A stretch of DNA of 64,000 bases from the human T2T-CHM13v2.0 reference genome, Homo sapiens: NCBI RefSeq assembly GCF_009914755.1, contig NC_060926.1; one strand, given 5' to 3'. Position numbers and translations under genes: made by a program. Numbering within the stretch: position 1 is the first letter of the stretch; each line of letters starts with the position of its first letter. Below the pieces are notes generated by a model. That model worked only from the letters and a program-made list of their open reading frames with translations. It was not told the DNA's origin and ran no database searches. This document shows, one piece after another, positions 44,961 through 58,213 of this stretch.

Positions 44961-46848
44961 CTATATGACTATCCCCAAGACACATAGTGATCAGATTTTC
45001 CAAGGTCAGTGCAAAAGAAAAAATATTAAAGGCAGCTAGAGGGAAAGAGTAGGTCACCTAAAAAGGGAACCCCATGAGGCTAATAGTGAACCTTTAGGCA
45101 CAAAACTTACAAGCCAGAAGAGGTTGGGGGTCCACATTCAACATTCTTAAAGAAAAGAAATTCCAGCCAAGAATTTCATATCCAGCCAAACTAAGTTTCA
45201 TAAGCAAAGAAAAAGCAAAATCCTTTCCAGACAAGCAAATGCTAAGGGAATTCATTACCACCAGACCTGCTTTAAAAGAGATCCTTAAGGGAGTGCTAAA
45301 CATAAAAATAAAAGACTGTTACCAACCACCATAAAAACACACTTAAGTACATAGAACATTGACACTATAAAGTAATTACACAATCAACTCTACATAACAA
45401 CCAGCTAACAACATGATGACAGGATCAAATAAGCACATATCAATATTAACCTTAAAAGTACCTGGCCTAAATGCCCCCACTTAAAAGGCAAAGAGTGTCA
45501 AGTTGGATAAGAAGCAAGACCCAACTGTATGCTGTCTTCATTAGGTTAATCTCACATTCAATGACACCCAAAGGCTCACAGTAAAGAGATGAAGAAAAAT
45601 CTATCAAGCAAATGGAAAACAAACAAACGAAAGCAGGGGTTGCTATTCTTATTTTAGACAAAATAGACTTTAAATCAACAATGATCAAAAAGGACAAAGA
45701 AGGGCATTACATAGTGATAAAGGGTTCAATTCAACCAGAAGACTCAACTGTCCTAAATATATATGCATCCAACACTGCAGCACACAGATTCATAAAACAA
45801 CTTCTTAGAGACCTACAAAGAGACTTAGATGACCACACAACAATAATGAGAGACTTCAACACCCTACTGACAGTATTGGACATATCACTGAAGCAGAATA
45901 CTAACAGAGCTATTGAGGACCTAAACTTGACACTTGACCAAATGGATCTAACAGACATCTACAGAACACTTCACCCAACAACAACAGAATATAAATTCTT
46001 CTCAGCTGCACATGGCACATACTCTAAAATCGACCACACAGTTGGCCATAAAGCAATTCTCGAAAATTTTTTAAAAATGAAATCATACGAAGTACACTCT
46101 CAGACCACAGCACAACAAAAATATGTCAAGAGGATCTCTCAAAACCATACAATTACATGGACATTAAACAACCTGCTCCTGAACAACTTTTGGGTAAGCA
46201 GTAAAATTAAGGTAGAAATCAAGAAATTCTTTGTAACTAGTAAAAACAAAGATGCAACATACCAGAATCTCTGGGACACAGCTAAAGCAGTGTTGAGAAG
46301 GAAATTTATAGTGCTAAATGCCCACATCAAAAAGTTAGAAAGATCTTAAATTAACAACCTAACATCATACCCAGAGGAATTAGAACAAGAACAACCAGTC
46401 CCAAAGCTAGTGGAAGAAAAAAATAACCAAAATGAGAGCTGAACTGAACAAAATGGGGCAAGAAAAACCCATACAAAAGAGAGCAAAGGCAAAAATTGGT
46501 TCTTTGAAAGAATAAATGAGATTGATAGACTGCTAGCTAGACAAAGAAAGAAAGAGAGATGATCCAAATAAACACAATGAGAAATGGCAAAGGGGATATT
46601 ACCACTGACCTCACAGAAATAGAAAAAATCCTCGGAGACTATTAAGAACAATTCTATGTACACAAACTAGAATACCTAGAAGACATGGATATATTTCTGA
46701 AAACATACAACTTTTCAAGATTGAATCAGGAAGAAATTGAAACTCTGAACAAACCAATAACAAGTTCCAAAATTAAATCTGTAATAAATCAACCAACCAG
46801 AAAGAGCCCAGGACCCAATGGATTCACAGATGTATAAAGAAGAGCTGC

Positions 46849-47126
46849 GCCAGGTGTGGTGGCTCACACCTATAATCCCAAAACTTTGGGAGGTCAAGGC
46901 AAGCAGATCACTTGAGCTCAGGAGTTTGAGACCAGCCTGGGCAACATGATGAAACTCCCTCTCTACAAAAAATACTAAAATTATCCAGATGTAGTGGTGT
47001 ATACCTATAGTCCCAGCTACCTGGGGGGCTCACCTATGCCTGGGAGTTTGAGGCTGAAGTGAGCTGTGATTGCACCACTGCACTCCAGCGTGGGTGTTAG
47101 AGTGAGACCCTGTCTCAAAAAAAAAA
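46849..47126 (+). mobile_element. AluJ in L1 ORF2
   Basis: Diverged AluJb-type dimer with a decayed GAAGAG flanking repeat. Confidence 0.88.
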
Positions 47127-48571
47127 GAAGAGGAAGAGTTTGTACCAATACTACTGAAACTATTCCAAAACATCAAGGAGGAGGGGAGGAGGGACTCCTC
47201 CCTAACTCATTCTATGAGGCAGCATCATTCTGATACCAAAACCTGGAAGACATAATAAACAAAGAAAATTTCAGGCCAATATCCCTGATGAACACAGACA
47301 CCAAAATCCTCAACAAAATACTAACAAACCAAATCCAGTAGCACACCAAAAAGCTAGTCCACCATGATCAAGTAGGCTTTGTTTTTGGGATGCAAGGTTG
47401 GTTCAACATATTCAAATCAATAAATGTGATTCATCACAGAAACAGAATTAAAAACAAAAATCAAATCATCATCTCAATAGATGCAGAAAATGTTTTCACT
47501 AAAATTCCATATCGCTTCATGTTAAAAAACCTCAGCAAACTAGGCACTGAAGAAATGTACCTCAAAATAATGAGAGCCACATATGATAAACCCACAGCCA
47601 ACACCATACTGAATGAGCAAAAGCTGAAAGCATTCCTCTTGAGAACTGGGACAAGACAAGGATGCCCTCTCTCACCACTCCTATTCAACATAGTACTGGA
47701 AGTCCTGGCCAGAGAAGTCAGGCAAGAGAAACAAATAAAAGGCATTCAAATAGGAAGAGAGAAAATCAAATTATCTCTCTTCATAGACAATATGATTCTA
47801 TACCTAGAAACCCCCATAGTCTCTGCCCAAAGGCTCCTAGATCTGATAAACAATTTCAGCAAAGTTTCAGGATACAAAATCAATGTACTAAAATCAGTAG
47901 CATCGCTATATACCAATAATGTCCAAATTGAGAGCTAAATCAAGAATACAATCCCATTTACAATGCTACAAAAAGAATAAAACACTTAGGAATACACCTA
48001 ACAGGGAGGTGAAAGATCTCTACAAAGAGAATTACAAAACACTGCTCAAAGAAATCAGAGACAACACAAACAAACAAACAAAAAGCACTCCATGTTCATG
48101 GATAGGAAGAATGAGTAGTGTAAAAATGGCCATACTGCCAAAGCAATTTACAGATTCAATGCTATCAAACTGCCAACAACATTTTTCACAGAATTAGAAA
48201 AAACTATTCTAAAATTAATATGGAATCAAAAAAGAGCCCAAATAGACAAAGTGATTCTAAGCAAAAAGAACAAAACCAGAGGCATAACACTATTCAACTT
48301 CAACCTATACACTACAAGGCTACAGTAACCAAAACAGCATGGTATTGATACAAAAACAGACACATAGAACAAGTTAAAGGACTCAGAAATAAAGCCGCAC
48401 ACCTGCAACTATCTGATCTTTGACAAACTGACAATAACAAGCAATGGGCAAAGGACTCCCTATTCAGTAAGTGGTGCTGGGATAACTGGCTAGCCAAATG
48501 CAGAAGACTGAAACTGGAACCCTTCCTTTCACCATATACAAAAATCAACTCAAGATGGATTAAAGACTTAA

Positions 48572-48859
48572 CCCTTTCTCAACTAGAAAAAAAAAAAGGT
48601 CAGTTCGCTGCCAGTGCTCATTTAATTTTACATAAACACACTCTTTGAGGCTGAAGCAAATCTGACTGATTTTCAATGTGAAAATAAAATATAAAAACTG
48701 TCCTTGGAGTTATTTCTAAACAGAACTAACATCAGAATCATGTGAATCATCAGAATTATCTATTTCAGAAAAATCAGATTCATCAAATGAAACTTTGGCC
48801 AACAATTATTTAAGAACAATGTTAAACTCATGTATAGGAATGCTACGTTTTCTAGCATT
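48572..48859 (-). mobile_element. MER75 piggyBac MITE (PGBD4-related), one end only
   Basis: TTAA (48568-48571) then CCCTTT terminus. Minus strand reads RKRSIPIHEFNIVLK*LLAKVSFDESDFSEIDNSDD, like the PGBD4 N-terminus as recalled. Confidence 0.85.
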
Positions 48860-49385
48860 CCATCTAAAAATGCTCAACGTCGCTAATCATTAAAGAAATG
48901 CAAATCAAAACTACAATGAGATACCATCTTACACCAGTCAGAATGGCTGTTACTTGAAAGTTTAAAAAAAAAAAAAAAAAAAAAAAAACACCGCATGCTG
49001 GCAAGGTTGCAGAGTAAATGGAATGCTTATAAACTGCTGGTGGGAATGTAAATTAGTTCAGCCACTAACTACCATTAGACCCAGAATCCCATTATTGGAA
49101 TTAAAGGAATATAAATTGCTCTACCATAAAGACATATGCACGCATATGTTCATCACAGCACTGTTCACAATAGCAAAGATATGGAATCAACCTAGATGTC
49201 CATCAATGGTGGACTGGATAAAGGAAATGTTGTATATATACACCATGGAATACTATGCAGCCATAAAAATATAAAATCACATCCTTCACAGCAACATGGT
49301 TGCAGCTGGAAGTCATTATCCTAAGTGAATTAATGCAGAAACAGAAAACCAAATACTGCATGTTCTCACTTATAAGCGGGAGCTA

Positions 49386-49702
49386 GGCTGAGCTAGGCTG
49401 AGCTCATGCCTGTAATCCCAACACTTTGGGAGGCCAAGGTAGGCAGATCACTCGAGGCCAGGAATTTGAGACCAGCCTGACCAACATGGCGAAACCCCGT
49501 CTCTACTAAAAATACAAAAGTTAGCCTGGCGTGATGGTGCACACTGGTAATCCCAGCTACTCAGGAGGCTGAGGCATGAGAATCACTTGAATCTGGAGGG
49601 TGGAGGTTGCAATGATCTGAGATTGCACCACTGCACTCCAGACTGGGTGACAGAGTAAGACTGTCTCAAAAAAATTAAAATAAAATCATATAATATTAAA
49701 AA
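49386..49702 (+). mobile_element. AluS (Sx-like) near the L1 ORF2 end/3' UTR
   Basis: Dimer. TSD ATAAG(C/T)GGGAGCTA at 49372-49385 and 49703-49716. Confidence 0.92.
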
Positions 49703-50219
49703 ATAAGTGGGAGCTAAACATTGAGTACATATGGATACAGAGAAGGGAACAACAGACACCGGGGCCTGCTCGAAGGTGGAGGTGAGAAGAGGGTGAGGAT
49801 TGAACACTACTGAGTACTATGTTTATTACCTTGGAGATGAAATAATCTGTACATCAAACCCCCGTGACATTCAATTTACCCATGTAACAAACCTGCACAT
49901 GTACCCTTGAACCTAAAATAAAAGTTGGAAAGAAAACAATAATAATATTTCCACCAAAGTCTTAAACCAGAATTCGAGTCATCACATGGTAACAAAGGTG
50001 GGAAAAAAGAAACCCCAGAAGACCCTCGCCTCCCTATGCAACTCTTGCGACCTTTGTAGGAATAATTCAACTTTATTCCAAACCAGCGCCTAAGAATAAA
50101 AAATACCAGAGTGGCAGACCCTCAGCATACTCAATAAATAGTCTCCCAAATGTGCATCTCAGTTTTTGGTAAATGAATATTAGCAGGTCAATACAATCCT
50201 AATCTAAAAATACAGTTCC

Positions 50220-50640
50220 TTCTTCCATTCAACAAATATTTATCAAGCTGCCTCTATGCATCAGTTGTTATTCTAGGTTCCAGAGATAGAATGGTAAATA
50301 GCACAGATCTGTGCCCTTGTGGAGTTTACAATAAACAAATGCATAAAAACATGTATAATATAGTGGCAAATAGTGATAAAACACTGTAAAGAAAAATAAA
50401 ACAGGCAATAGAACATAGCCAGGGAAGGCCTTTCTGAGGTGGTGACATTTAAGGAGAAAGTAAAACGAAGTGAGGACGGGAGCCCTGAAAAGGCATCAGC
50501 CATCGAAGAAATAGCAGATGGAACGACCCTGAGGTGAGACCAACAAGAAAGTCAGTGTCAAATCCAGAAATTAAGGAGGGTGATTGAGTGGGAGGTGGAA
50601 AGAAGCCAGATTATGTAAGGCCCTAGAGGCCTGGCAAGGA
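50220..50640 (+). mobile_element. L2 remnant
   Basis: CATTCAACAAATATTTAT...CTGTGCCCTTGTGGAGTTTACA...AGGGAAGGCCTTTCTGAGGTGGTGACATTT. Read directly on the + strand; this is the antisense form of the L2 3' end. Confidence 0.7.
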
Positions 50641-50650
50641 CTCTGGGTTT

Positions 50651-50883
50651 GTTTGTTTGTTTGTTTGTTTGTTTGTTTGTTTTTAATTTTATTTAATTTT
50701 ATTATTATTATACTTTAAGTTTTAGGGTACACGTGCACAATGTGCAGGTTAGTTACATATGTATACATGTGCCATGCTGGTGTGCTGCACCCATTAACTC
50801 ATCATTTAGCATTAGGTATATCTCCTAATGCTATCCCTCCCCCCTGCCCCCACCCCACAACAGTCCCCAGAGTGTGATGTTCC
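50651..50883 (-). mobile_element. Young L1PA (PA2-4-like) 3' fragment with (TTTG)n tail
   Basis: L1PA 3' UTR. TSD GACTCTGGGTTT at 50639-50650 and 50884-50895. Confidence 0.92.
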
Positions 50884-50925
50884 GACTCTGGGTTTTATTC
50901 TAAGAGTAATAGGAAGGTATTAGGA

Positions 50926-51243
50926 CTGTGCTGTCCAGTAAGGTAGGCACCAGCTCATGTGGCTGTTGAGCACCTGAAAAATGGCTAAACTGAGATGTGC
51001 TGCAAGTAACAAATACATCCAAGATTTTGATGAGTCAGCATGAAAAGAGGAATGTTAGATACTTCAGTGATAATTTTGTTATATTGATTGACATTGAAAT
51101 CGCATTTTAGATATATTTATTAGGTAAACTATATTGATCAAATTGGTTTCCCCTGTTTCTCTTTACTTTTTAAAGCCATATGTCTTGTAGGAAGTTTAAA
51201 ATTATGTTTGTGGCTCACATTATATTTCTACTGGACAGCACTG
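50926..51243 (+). mobile_element. MER33-like hAT-Charlie MITE, complete
   Basis: Terminal inverted repeats CTGTGCTGTCCAGTA / TACTGGACAGCACTG. Confidence 0.85.
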
Positions 51244-51274
51244 CATTAGAGGGTTTGAGCAAGAGGTGTGAAGC

Positions 51275-51397
51275 TTAAAAAATTGCCTACAGGGTACTAT
51301 GCTCATTACCTGGGTGGCAAAATAATTTGTACATTCAACCTCTGCAACTGGCAACTTACCCATGTAACAAACCTGCACATGTACCCCCTTAAAAGTT
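51275..51397 (+). mobile_element. Old L1PA 3' end fragment
   Basis: GGGTACTATGCTCATTACCTGGGT...CCATGTAACAAACCTGCACATGTACCCC. Confidence 0.8.
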
Positions 51398-52989
51398 ATT
51401 ATTGGGTGCATGGAGCTTATTAAATTATTTTCTTATTATTGTATGTATTTAAATTTTTCTATAACACAAAGTTAAATTTTTCTATAGAATAAACCTTTTA
51501 AAAACATATAAAAATGAGCTAAAATGATAGAATTACCCTCCCCTTCCCATACCCATTTTTAGGTATGGATGAAGGTCTACGGTGTAGGCTTTACTCTTCC
51601 CTTCTCCTAAGAACACTGCAGCCTGGATTCAGAAATTGTCCTGAATCAGTCTTGATTTCAGAGGACTGTTTTTCTGACGGCCCCTCAGAGGACAATTGAA
51701 TCTTGCCTCTAGAAATATAGCTCTTCCTGGAAATAACCTTTTATATCCAGTGTTGCCCAAATCCTAAGAGGTCAGGAACTAAGGAATTCCATAACTGGGG
51801 TAATAGTTGCTGCGTCAGTTTGTATTTTCCAACACATTCTCCAAAAAACAACTCAATAAAGAACAGCAATAACAAAGAAAGCAACATAAAAATCTGTCCT
51901 TGGCATGAATAAAAGACAGAGAAAATCCAAATTCCCAATTACTGTAAGTTAAAAAGACAAAAACAAAAACCAAGGAGCATGAGATCCTAGCATACTACCC
52001 TACATGGTCCTGCTGCCCCAAGCCTTGGAGTTGGGGGTCGAGGGGCAAGTACTGTCCAGGGAAGACTGGGGGGAAGAGGGAAGACAAGCAAAGGCTATAA
52101 AGTGATCTAAAGTCACAGAAAGAGAAAGTCCTTCCTACATGCAAAATGCTGAAAAGTGTGGTGGTTGATCAGAGTGAAATGAGAAGAGACTTGTAAGTGT
52201 GTGCAGGACTCAAGGTGGCACCTTGGAAAAGTAACTCTTCCAAGAAGAGCTGGGTAAATGGGAAGGGAGAAGCACCTTTAGAAAACTGTACAGTGCAGAA
52301 AGAAAAGGCAAGAATGGGAAAGTTAGGACCCTTAAAAACAAAAGAATGCACAACTCTTCCTCCTATCAGTGCCCCCACCCCTCACACACAGCCAATCAGC
52401 AAAGAAAGCAGCCACACTTTGCTACACTGACAGCAGAGGGAGCTCTTGAACTAGGAATCTTGTAAACCACCCCAAATTGTAAACCAGCCCTATCCACAGA
52501 CATAGAGATCCAAGCAATCTTTAGGCAAAATATGCTATAAAACAAGGATTGAAACAATTCTGCAGATGAAAATTTCTCCCCACTAAGAGGACTGAGGTTC
52601 TGTGGAAGCCTTCATTCAGGAGTCAGGACCATTCTGCTAGGACATCCTGCTCAGATACATGTTTGCCTGTGAGCTCATGGGGCCACAGAAACAACAAATG
52701 ACAGCCCAGAGGCCAGTCAGAAGGTCACACAAGGGAGATGGACATGGATTGCTCTAGGAAAGGTGGTGAAAATAGGATTCAAGATATATTTTAAAGATGC
52801 ACTAGACTTGTTGATAGACTAGATATGTGGTAAGAGGGGGAAAGTAAGGAATATATCCTACAGTTTTGGTCTGGACAACTAAAAGAACATAAGTACTATG
52901 GGCTGAGATAGTACTGGAACCTTACCCCCAGGAGGTGGTGAGAATCCAGAATTTGGTTATGTTCAGTTTCAGATAGCTTCTAAATGTAT

Positions 52990-55900
52990 CCCTATAAATT
53001 TCATCATTTTTATCCTATTGTAAATTATATTTTTCTTCAATTTCAATTTCTAATGTTTTAGTTCTAATGTTTTGAATTACACTTTATTTTTGTATGCTGA
53101 TTTTGTATACTGCAACCTTACTACACTTAGTTCTAGTAAGTTTTTTATAAACACCTTAGGATTTTCTTTATAATCATCTGTAAATAAATTATATTTTGTC
53201 CTACCTAATCCATATGCTTTTTATTTCTTTTTCTTGCCTTACTGCTCTCACTACAATATTGAATTGGAGTACTGACAGTGTACTTACTGCCTTGTTTCCT
53301 ACCTTAAAGAGAAAACAGTCATCGTAATGCTAGCTGTAGATTGTGTGTAGATGCACTTTATCAAGTTGAGCAAGTTTCATTCTGTGTCATTTTGGCTCCT
53401 CAAAGAAGCAGATGCCAAGATGAGATTAGATGCACAAAAGATGTACTTGGGGAAATACCTGTGAAGGATAAAGGAGGAGGCAGTGGAGTAGCCAGCAGAG
53501 ACTTCATATCTGTTGCAGGTTGGACAGCTATGAAAGGAGGGCAGGAAGTCTCACTGGCTAACCAGGTGGTATGAACCAAGCCTTCATTCTTGAGGGCTCT
53601 GGGCCCTTGCTAACAATCCCTGTCTTGGGCTAGGATTGCTAACCATGTCTATTCACAGTTATAACAGGGGAAAGTGCATCATCTGATCTCCATGTTTTCT
53701 GTCCTGTCCCCATTTTATAAAGGCAGCCTTAAGTCTTCCTGCTGATTAGTGTCCATTATCTCTGCCAAAAGAGTGATACCTCCTTTTTGCTGCTATTCCC
53801 TGAATACAGGAAGTCTAGAGTGTCCTGGGGACAACTGTTAAGACTTAGTTTGATGTGACCTTTGCTATGTCATCTGGTAAAAATGCACCCTCTTTAGGTG
53901 TTAGAATCCTGAGGAACCCAGAGATGCAGGGATGGAAACCACAACATCCCAGTAGGTAAATTGGGTTCAACATTCAAATATAGGAATAATTGGACTGGCC
54001 TTGGAAGTAGGAGGTTATGCTCATGAGACCATGCATAACCTCTATCTCTGTCACCTTGGGCACTCTGTTAATGCTCCAATTATGCTGGTTCAAGGTAGGC
54101 CAATAGTAAAAACTGCTTAATGCCAACCGGTTAAACCATTTTAACTACAGATGGAGGCTTTTTATTAATGTATAATACAAAAACCTTCACACTTCATGTC
54201 CACTCCCATATGTTCATCCACATGCCTTTATCCTAGACGTCTTATCTTCCAAACTTTCCTTTTCAGGCCCCTGACCAGATGGCAAGGCCATTGGTTACTG
54301 TTTATGAATATGGATATATTATCACTTTGGGCCATGTCTCCTTCCATAAAGTGAATGGACAGCTGCACGACTCACAGCTCTGTCCGCTGAAGTTTCTTCT
54401 TTTCATTGACCTTCAAGGCCACCCCTGAATGTGGCTACAATGCAGCTTTCAACCATGTTTAGTTGTTCCCCATAATTAGCTGACCCATCTGTAATCCAAG
54501 CTCAGGCTTTTCCCTCCTTCAGCCGATTATATGGGACATCCCCCGTAGGGCTATAGTTGCAAGCTGGGGAAGGGGCTGTGTGCTGGTTGACATAGGGATC
54601 TGGGCTATCTGCTCCTGGTCAGCTTATTTAGGCCCTCTGGCCATATTTGAGCTTTCTCAGATATACTATTTTCATCTTATGATGAACTACTGCTGGGCAT
54701 GTCAGACGTTATCACTTATATATATCCCAGATGATAATGGACACTTAGTTACTTAATGCCCCATGGTAAAGTGTTTCTGGCATGTTATTCGACTCCTAGA
54801 TTTAGAGACAAAACACTTGGCCATGGGGCATAGAGTTGGAATGTCCTCCCCACTCCTCAATTTTCTGAAAGAATTTATATGTTATTAGTAGTTCTTCCTT
54901 GAATATTTGAGAAAATTCACCAGTGAAGCCAACTGGGCCTGAAGATTACATTGTTACAAATTTTTTCTTATAAATTCAATATTTTATATATATGTAAATA
55001 TTACTATTAATATTTTCTATTACTTCTTGAATAATCTTTACAATTTGTGTCTTTCAAGAAATTTGCCCATTTCATCCAAGGCATTGGATTTATTATCGTA
55101 AAGTTGGGCATAATATTTCATTATTTTCTTTTTAATGAATGTTGGTTCTGTAATGATGCTTCCTCTTTCATTCCTTATATTGATAATTTGGTTTTTCTCT
55201 CTTTTCCTTTAGCATATATGTATGTCTCCATTTGGTAAAGTTTTCTTTCCTCTTTAACGTATCTCGTAGAGCAGGTCTACTGATAACAAACCATCTCAGC
55301 TTTTGTTTAATTCAAACTTGTTTTTTCTCCATTAAAAAAATGCCCAAAAATAAGTATAGAATTCTAAGTTGACAAGTTCTTTCAGGACTTTAAAGATAGT
55401 ATCCCATTGTCTTTTGACTTACATAATTTGTGAACAGAAGTCTGCAGTAATTTATGTCTTTGTTCATCTATACACAATGCACTATTTTTTTCTCCTCAAT
55501 GCTTTAAAATTTTCTGTGTTTTGGCTTTATAGGAGTTTGATTCTGATGTGTCTTGATGTGTTTTTCTTTACGTTTGTACTGTATCCTGGATCTATAGATT
55601 GATAATTTTTATCAAATTTTAGAAATATTTGACTGTAATTTCTACAAATATTATTTTCTGTGCTTCTCTCCTTTTCCTCTTAGATTCCAAATACATTTAT
55701 GTTAGATTGTTTAATATTGTCATATCACTGAGATTCTGAGTTTTTTTTCTGAATTTTTTTTAAATGTCTGCATGTCATTTTGGATAAGTCTACTGCTATG
55801 TCTTCAAATGTACCACTTTTTTATTCTACATTGTCTAATCTGCCAATAATGCCATCCAGAGAATTTTTCATTTCAGATATTGTGATTTTTTCATGACTAG

Positions 55901-56850
55901 AAGTTCCACATGATTACTTTTATATCATCAATTCCTTTCCTCACCATGCATATTTTTTAAATAGCTGTTTTAATGTTCATGTCTGCTAATATCATCCCCA
56001 CTATCATTTCTGAGTCAGTTTCTATTGACAGTTTTTTGTCCTGGTTATGGATCAGATTTTCCTGCTTCTTGAAATATGTAATATTTTTATTAATACTAGA
56101 CATTGTGGATTTTATCTTGTTTAGTACCTGAATTTCATTATCTATCTTTAAAAAGTATTGGGCTGTGTTTGTGTTAGACAGTTAAGTTACCTATGAATAA
56201 AGCAAATTATTTCAAGGTTTGTTCTCAGTCTTTGTTATGTAGGCCTATAGCAGCCTTTTCTCCAGGGAAAATTTCACCTTCACTATGAAGACATAACCTT
56301 CTGGTATCTCAATTACTACATTCTTGGTGCCTTCAACAAGGGTTTTCCACTCTGACTGCTGAAAGCATGACTATTTCTTGGAAGATTCTATGAGCTTAGA
56401 AACCATTCAGTTCCCTGTTTGGTCTTTGACCAAATGAAGTTTAACCTTATTTGTGCATGCCTTAGTATTTAGTAAAAACTCAATGGTATCCATAAGTACA
56501 TTTCTGGAGCTCTTTTTCTTTGTAGCTCCTTTCTTTCTGAAACTCTGATTTATAAATTCTAGATCCCTCAGATACCCTGAACACTGGTTTCTGTTTGCCA
56601 AAACTCAGAGAAATCAAAGCCATCACACTCTACTTGGGATCTCCTCCCTGTTCCCCAAGTGAAAATCTAGGGCAATTAGAGGGTAGATGCAATTATTTCT
56701 CTTCTCTTTGGAATCCCGATACTATACTCCCTGTTTTCAAAAACTTAAAAAACATCTGTTCCATATCTTTCTCCAGTTCTCCTGTTGTTTAAGGTAGAAA
56801 GTAAATTTATGCATGTTACTCCATCATGACCAGATGCAAAAATCTATTGG
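52990..56850 (-). mobile_element. Old L1M fragments interrupted by an ERVL remnant
   Basis: Antisense L1M motifs at 53000-53380 and 54780-56850 (AATTCACCAGTGAAGCCAACTGGGCCTG). Confidence 0.7.
53383..54780 (-). mobile_element. ERVL-class remnant: LTR16-like piece plus pol (RNase H) internal sequence
   Basis: Minus strand gives WITDGSA (~54478-54498) and GMWMNIWEW..VKVFV (~54170-54225), ERVL RNase H-like. LTR16-like AGAAGCAGATGCCAAGATGAGATT at ~53404. Confidence 0.7.
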
Positions 56851-57583
56851 CTAGGCAGTTGAATATTTCAGTCTGACTCTGACTCTGAGCTCAGAGAAGC
56901 CTAATCTGAAGCTATAAATTTGAAAGTCATACAGTACAAGTGTTTCTCCCAAACTTATTACATTGTATGGGGATAATGCTCCTTTTAACCCAGGGCAGCC
57001 AGTCCTAGCCAATAACAGCCCCCCTCATTTTCCACAGTATGAATTGTTTAAATCTATTTCCATCTGTGCTACTAGAAAGAGAGGATAGAGAATAAAGCAA
57101 AAAACTGAGTCTTGAGGAATTTTAATATTTAGAGATAGATTGCAGGGAGGGGAAACTGACAAAGGAGACTGAGAATTGCGTATGGAGTAGGAGAAAACTA
57201 GGAGAGCATATTGTATTGAAAACCAAGTGAGGAAGATGTTTCAGAGGGCTGGGGTGATTAAATGGTTTTAGAGGTTAAGTAAGATGAAAAATGAAAATCT
57301 GCCACTGGTTTAGGCAAGACAGATCTAGCAAGAATATTTTCAGTGAAATGGAGAGGAAAGGGAGGTGAGAAAGCAGAGACAAGTTCAAGTTTTGCTGACG
57401 AGGGAGCAAAGAAGATACCTGGAGAAGAATATAAGAAGTAGAAAAGGTTTTTGTAAAAATAGGCATTCTTTAGAGAAAAATCTTATTTATTTCTCTAGTA
57501 AGAGGTGCCAATATTGTCACAATACCTCTTTTGTAGCCATAATTTGTCCCATTCATATATTTGTTAATCTCTTTTTCTATATT

Positions 57584-58213
57584 CAGTTGATCATCATTAT
57601 TCTCAGCTTCCATATTTGCACATTTGCCTATTTGCTAAAATTTATTTGAAACCCCAAAATTAAACCTCATGAAACTTTTGCCATCATTCATAGACATATA
57701 CAGAGTGGCAAAAAAATTGAGTTGCCCAAAGTGCATGTTCCTAGCTGAGGTGAACAAGGCTACACTCTGCCTTCTTGTGTCAGCTCTGATACCATAAAGA
57801 AGTGTCTTTTTCACAATCTACTTAGTGCCACATTTTTGTGCTTTTTGATGATTTCACTAGTTAAAATGTGCTTCAAGTAACGCTGAAGTGCTATCTAACG
57901 TTTCTAAGAACAAGAAAGCTAGGAAACACCTTATGGAGAGAATATATGAGTTCAAGAAGTTTTTTTCAGGTGTGAGTTATGGTGCTGTTGGTCATGAGTT
58001 CAGTGTTAATGAATCAACAATATATGTTAAATAAATGTCTTTAAACAGAAACACACATATAACAAGGTAATGTGTCAACTGGTTGACAAAAATATTTTGA
58101 CTGGAGGGCTCTCAAGACTCTAAGCTTGGGAGCAATAAGTCAGTAGTTTGGTAACTCAGTGTTCCCAGCGACTTTATAGAACATAATTATCACAAAATAA
58201 TGAGATTCAACTG
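57584..58213. mobile_element. MER82-like TcMar-Tigger MITE
   Basis: Inverted termini CAGTTGATCATCATTA / TAATGAGATTCAACTG, TA at the right flank, ~630 bp. Confidence 0.8.

Noticed and set aside
45612-47938. Active reverse transcriptase/endonuclease system
   Set aside because: Ordinary decayed L1 ORF2 with frameshifts, an Alu insertion and a mutated catalytic motif.
51279-51291. AAAATTGCCTACA matching the pseudogene TSD
   Set aside because: Part of an L1 3' UTR fragment 40 kb away; coincidental.
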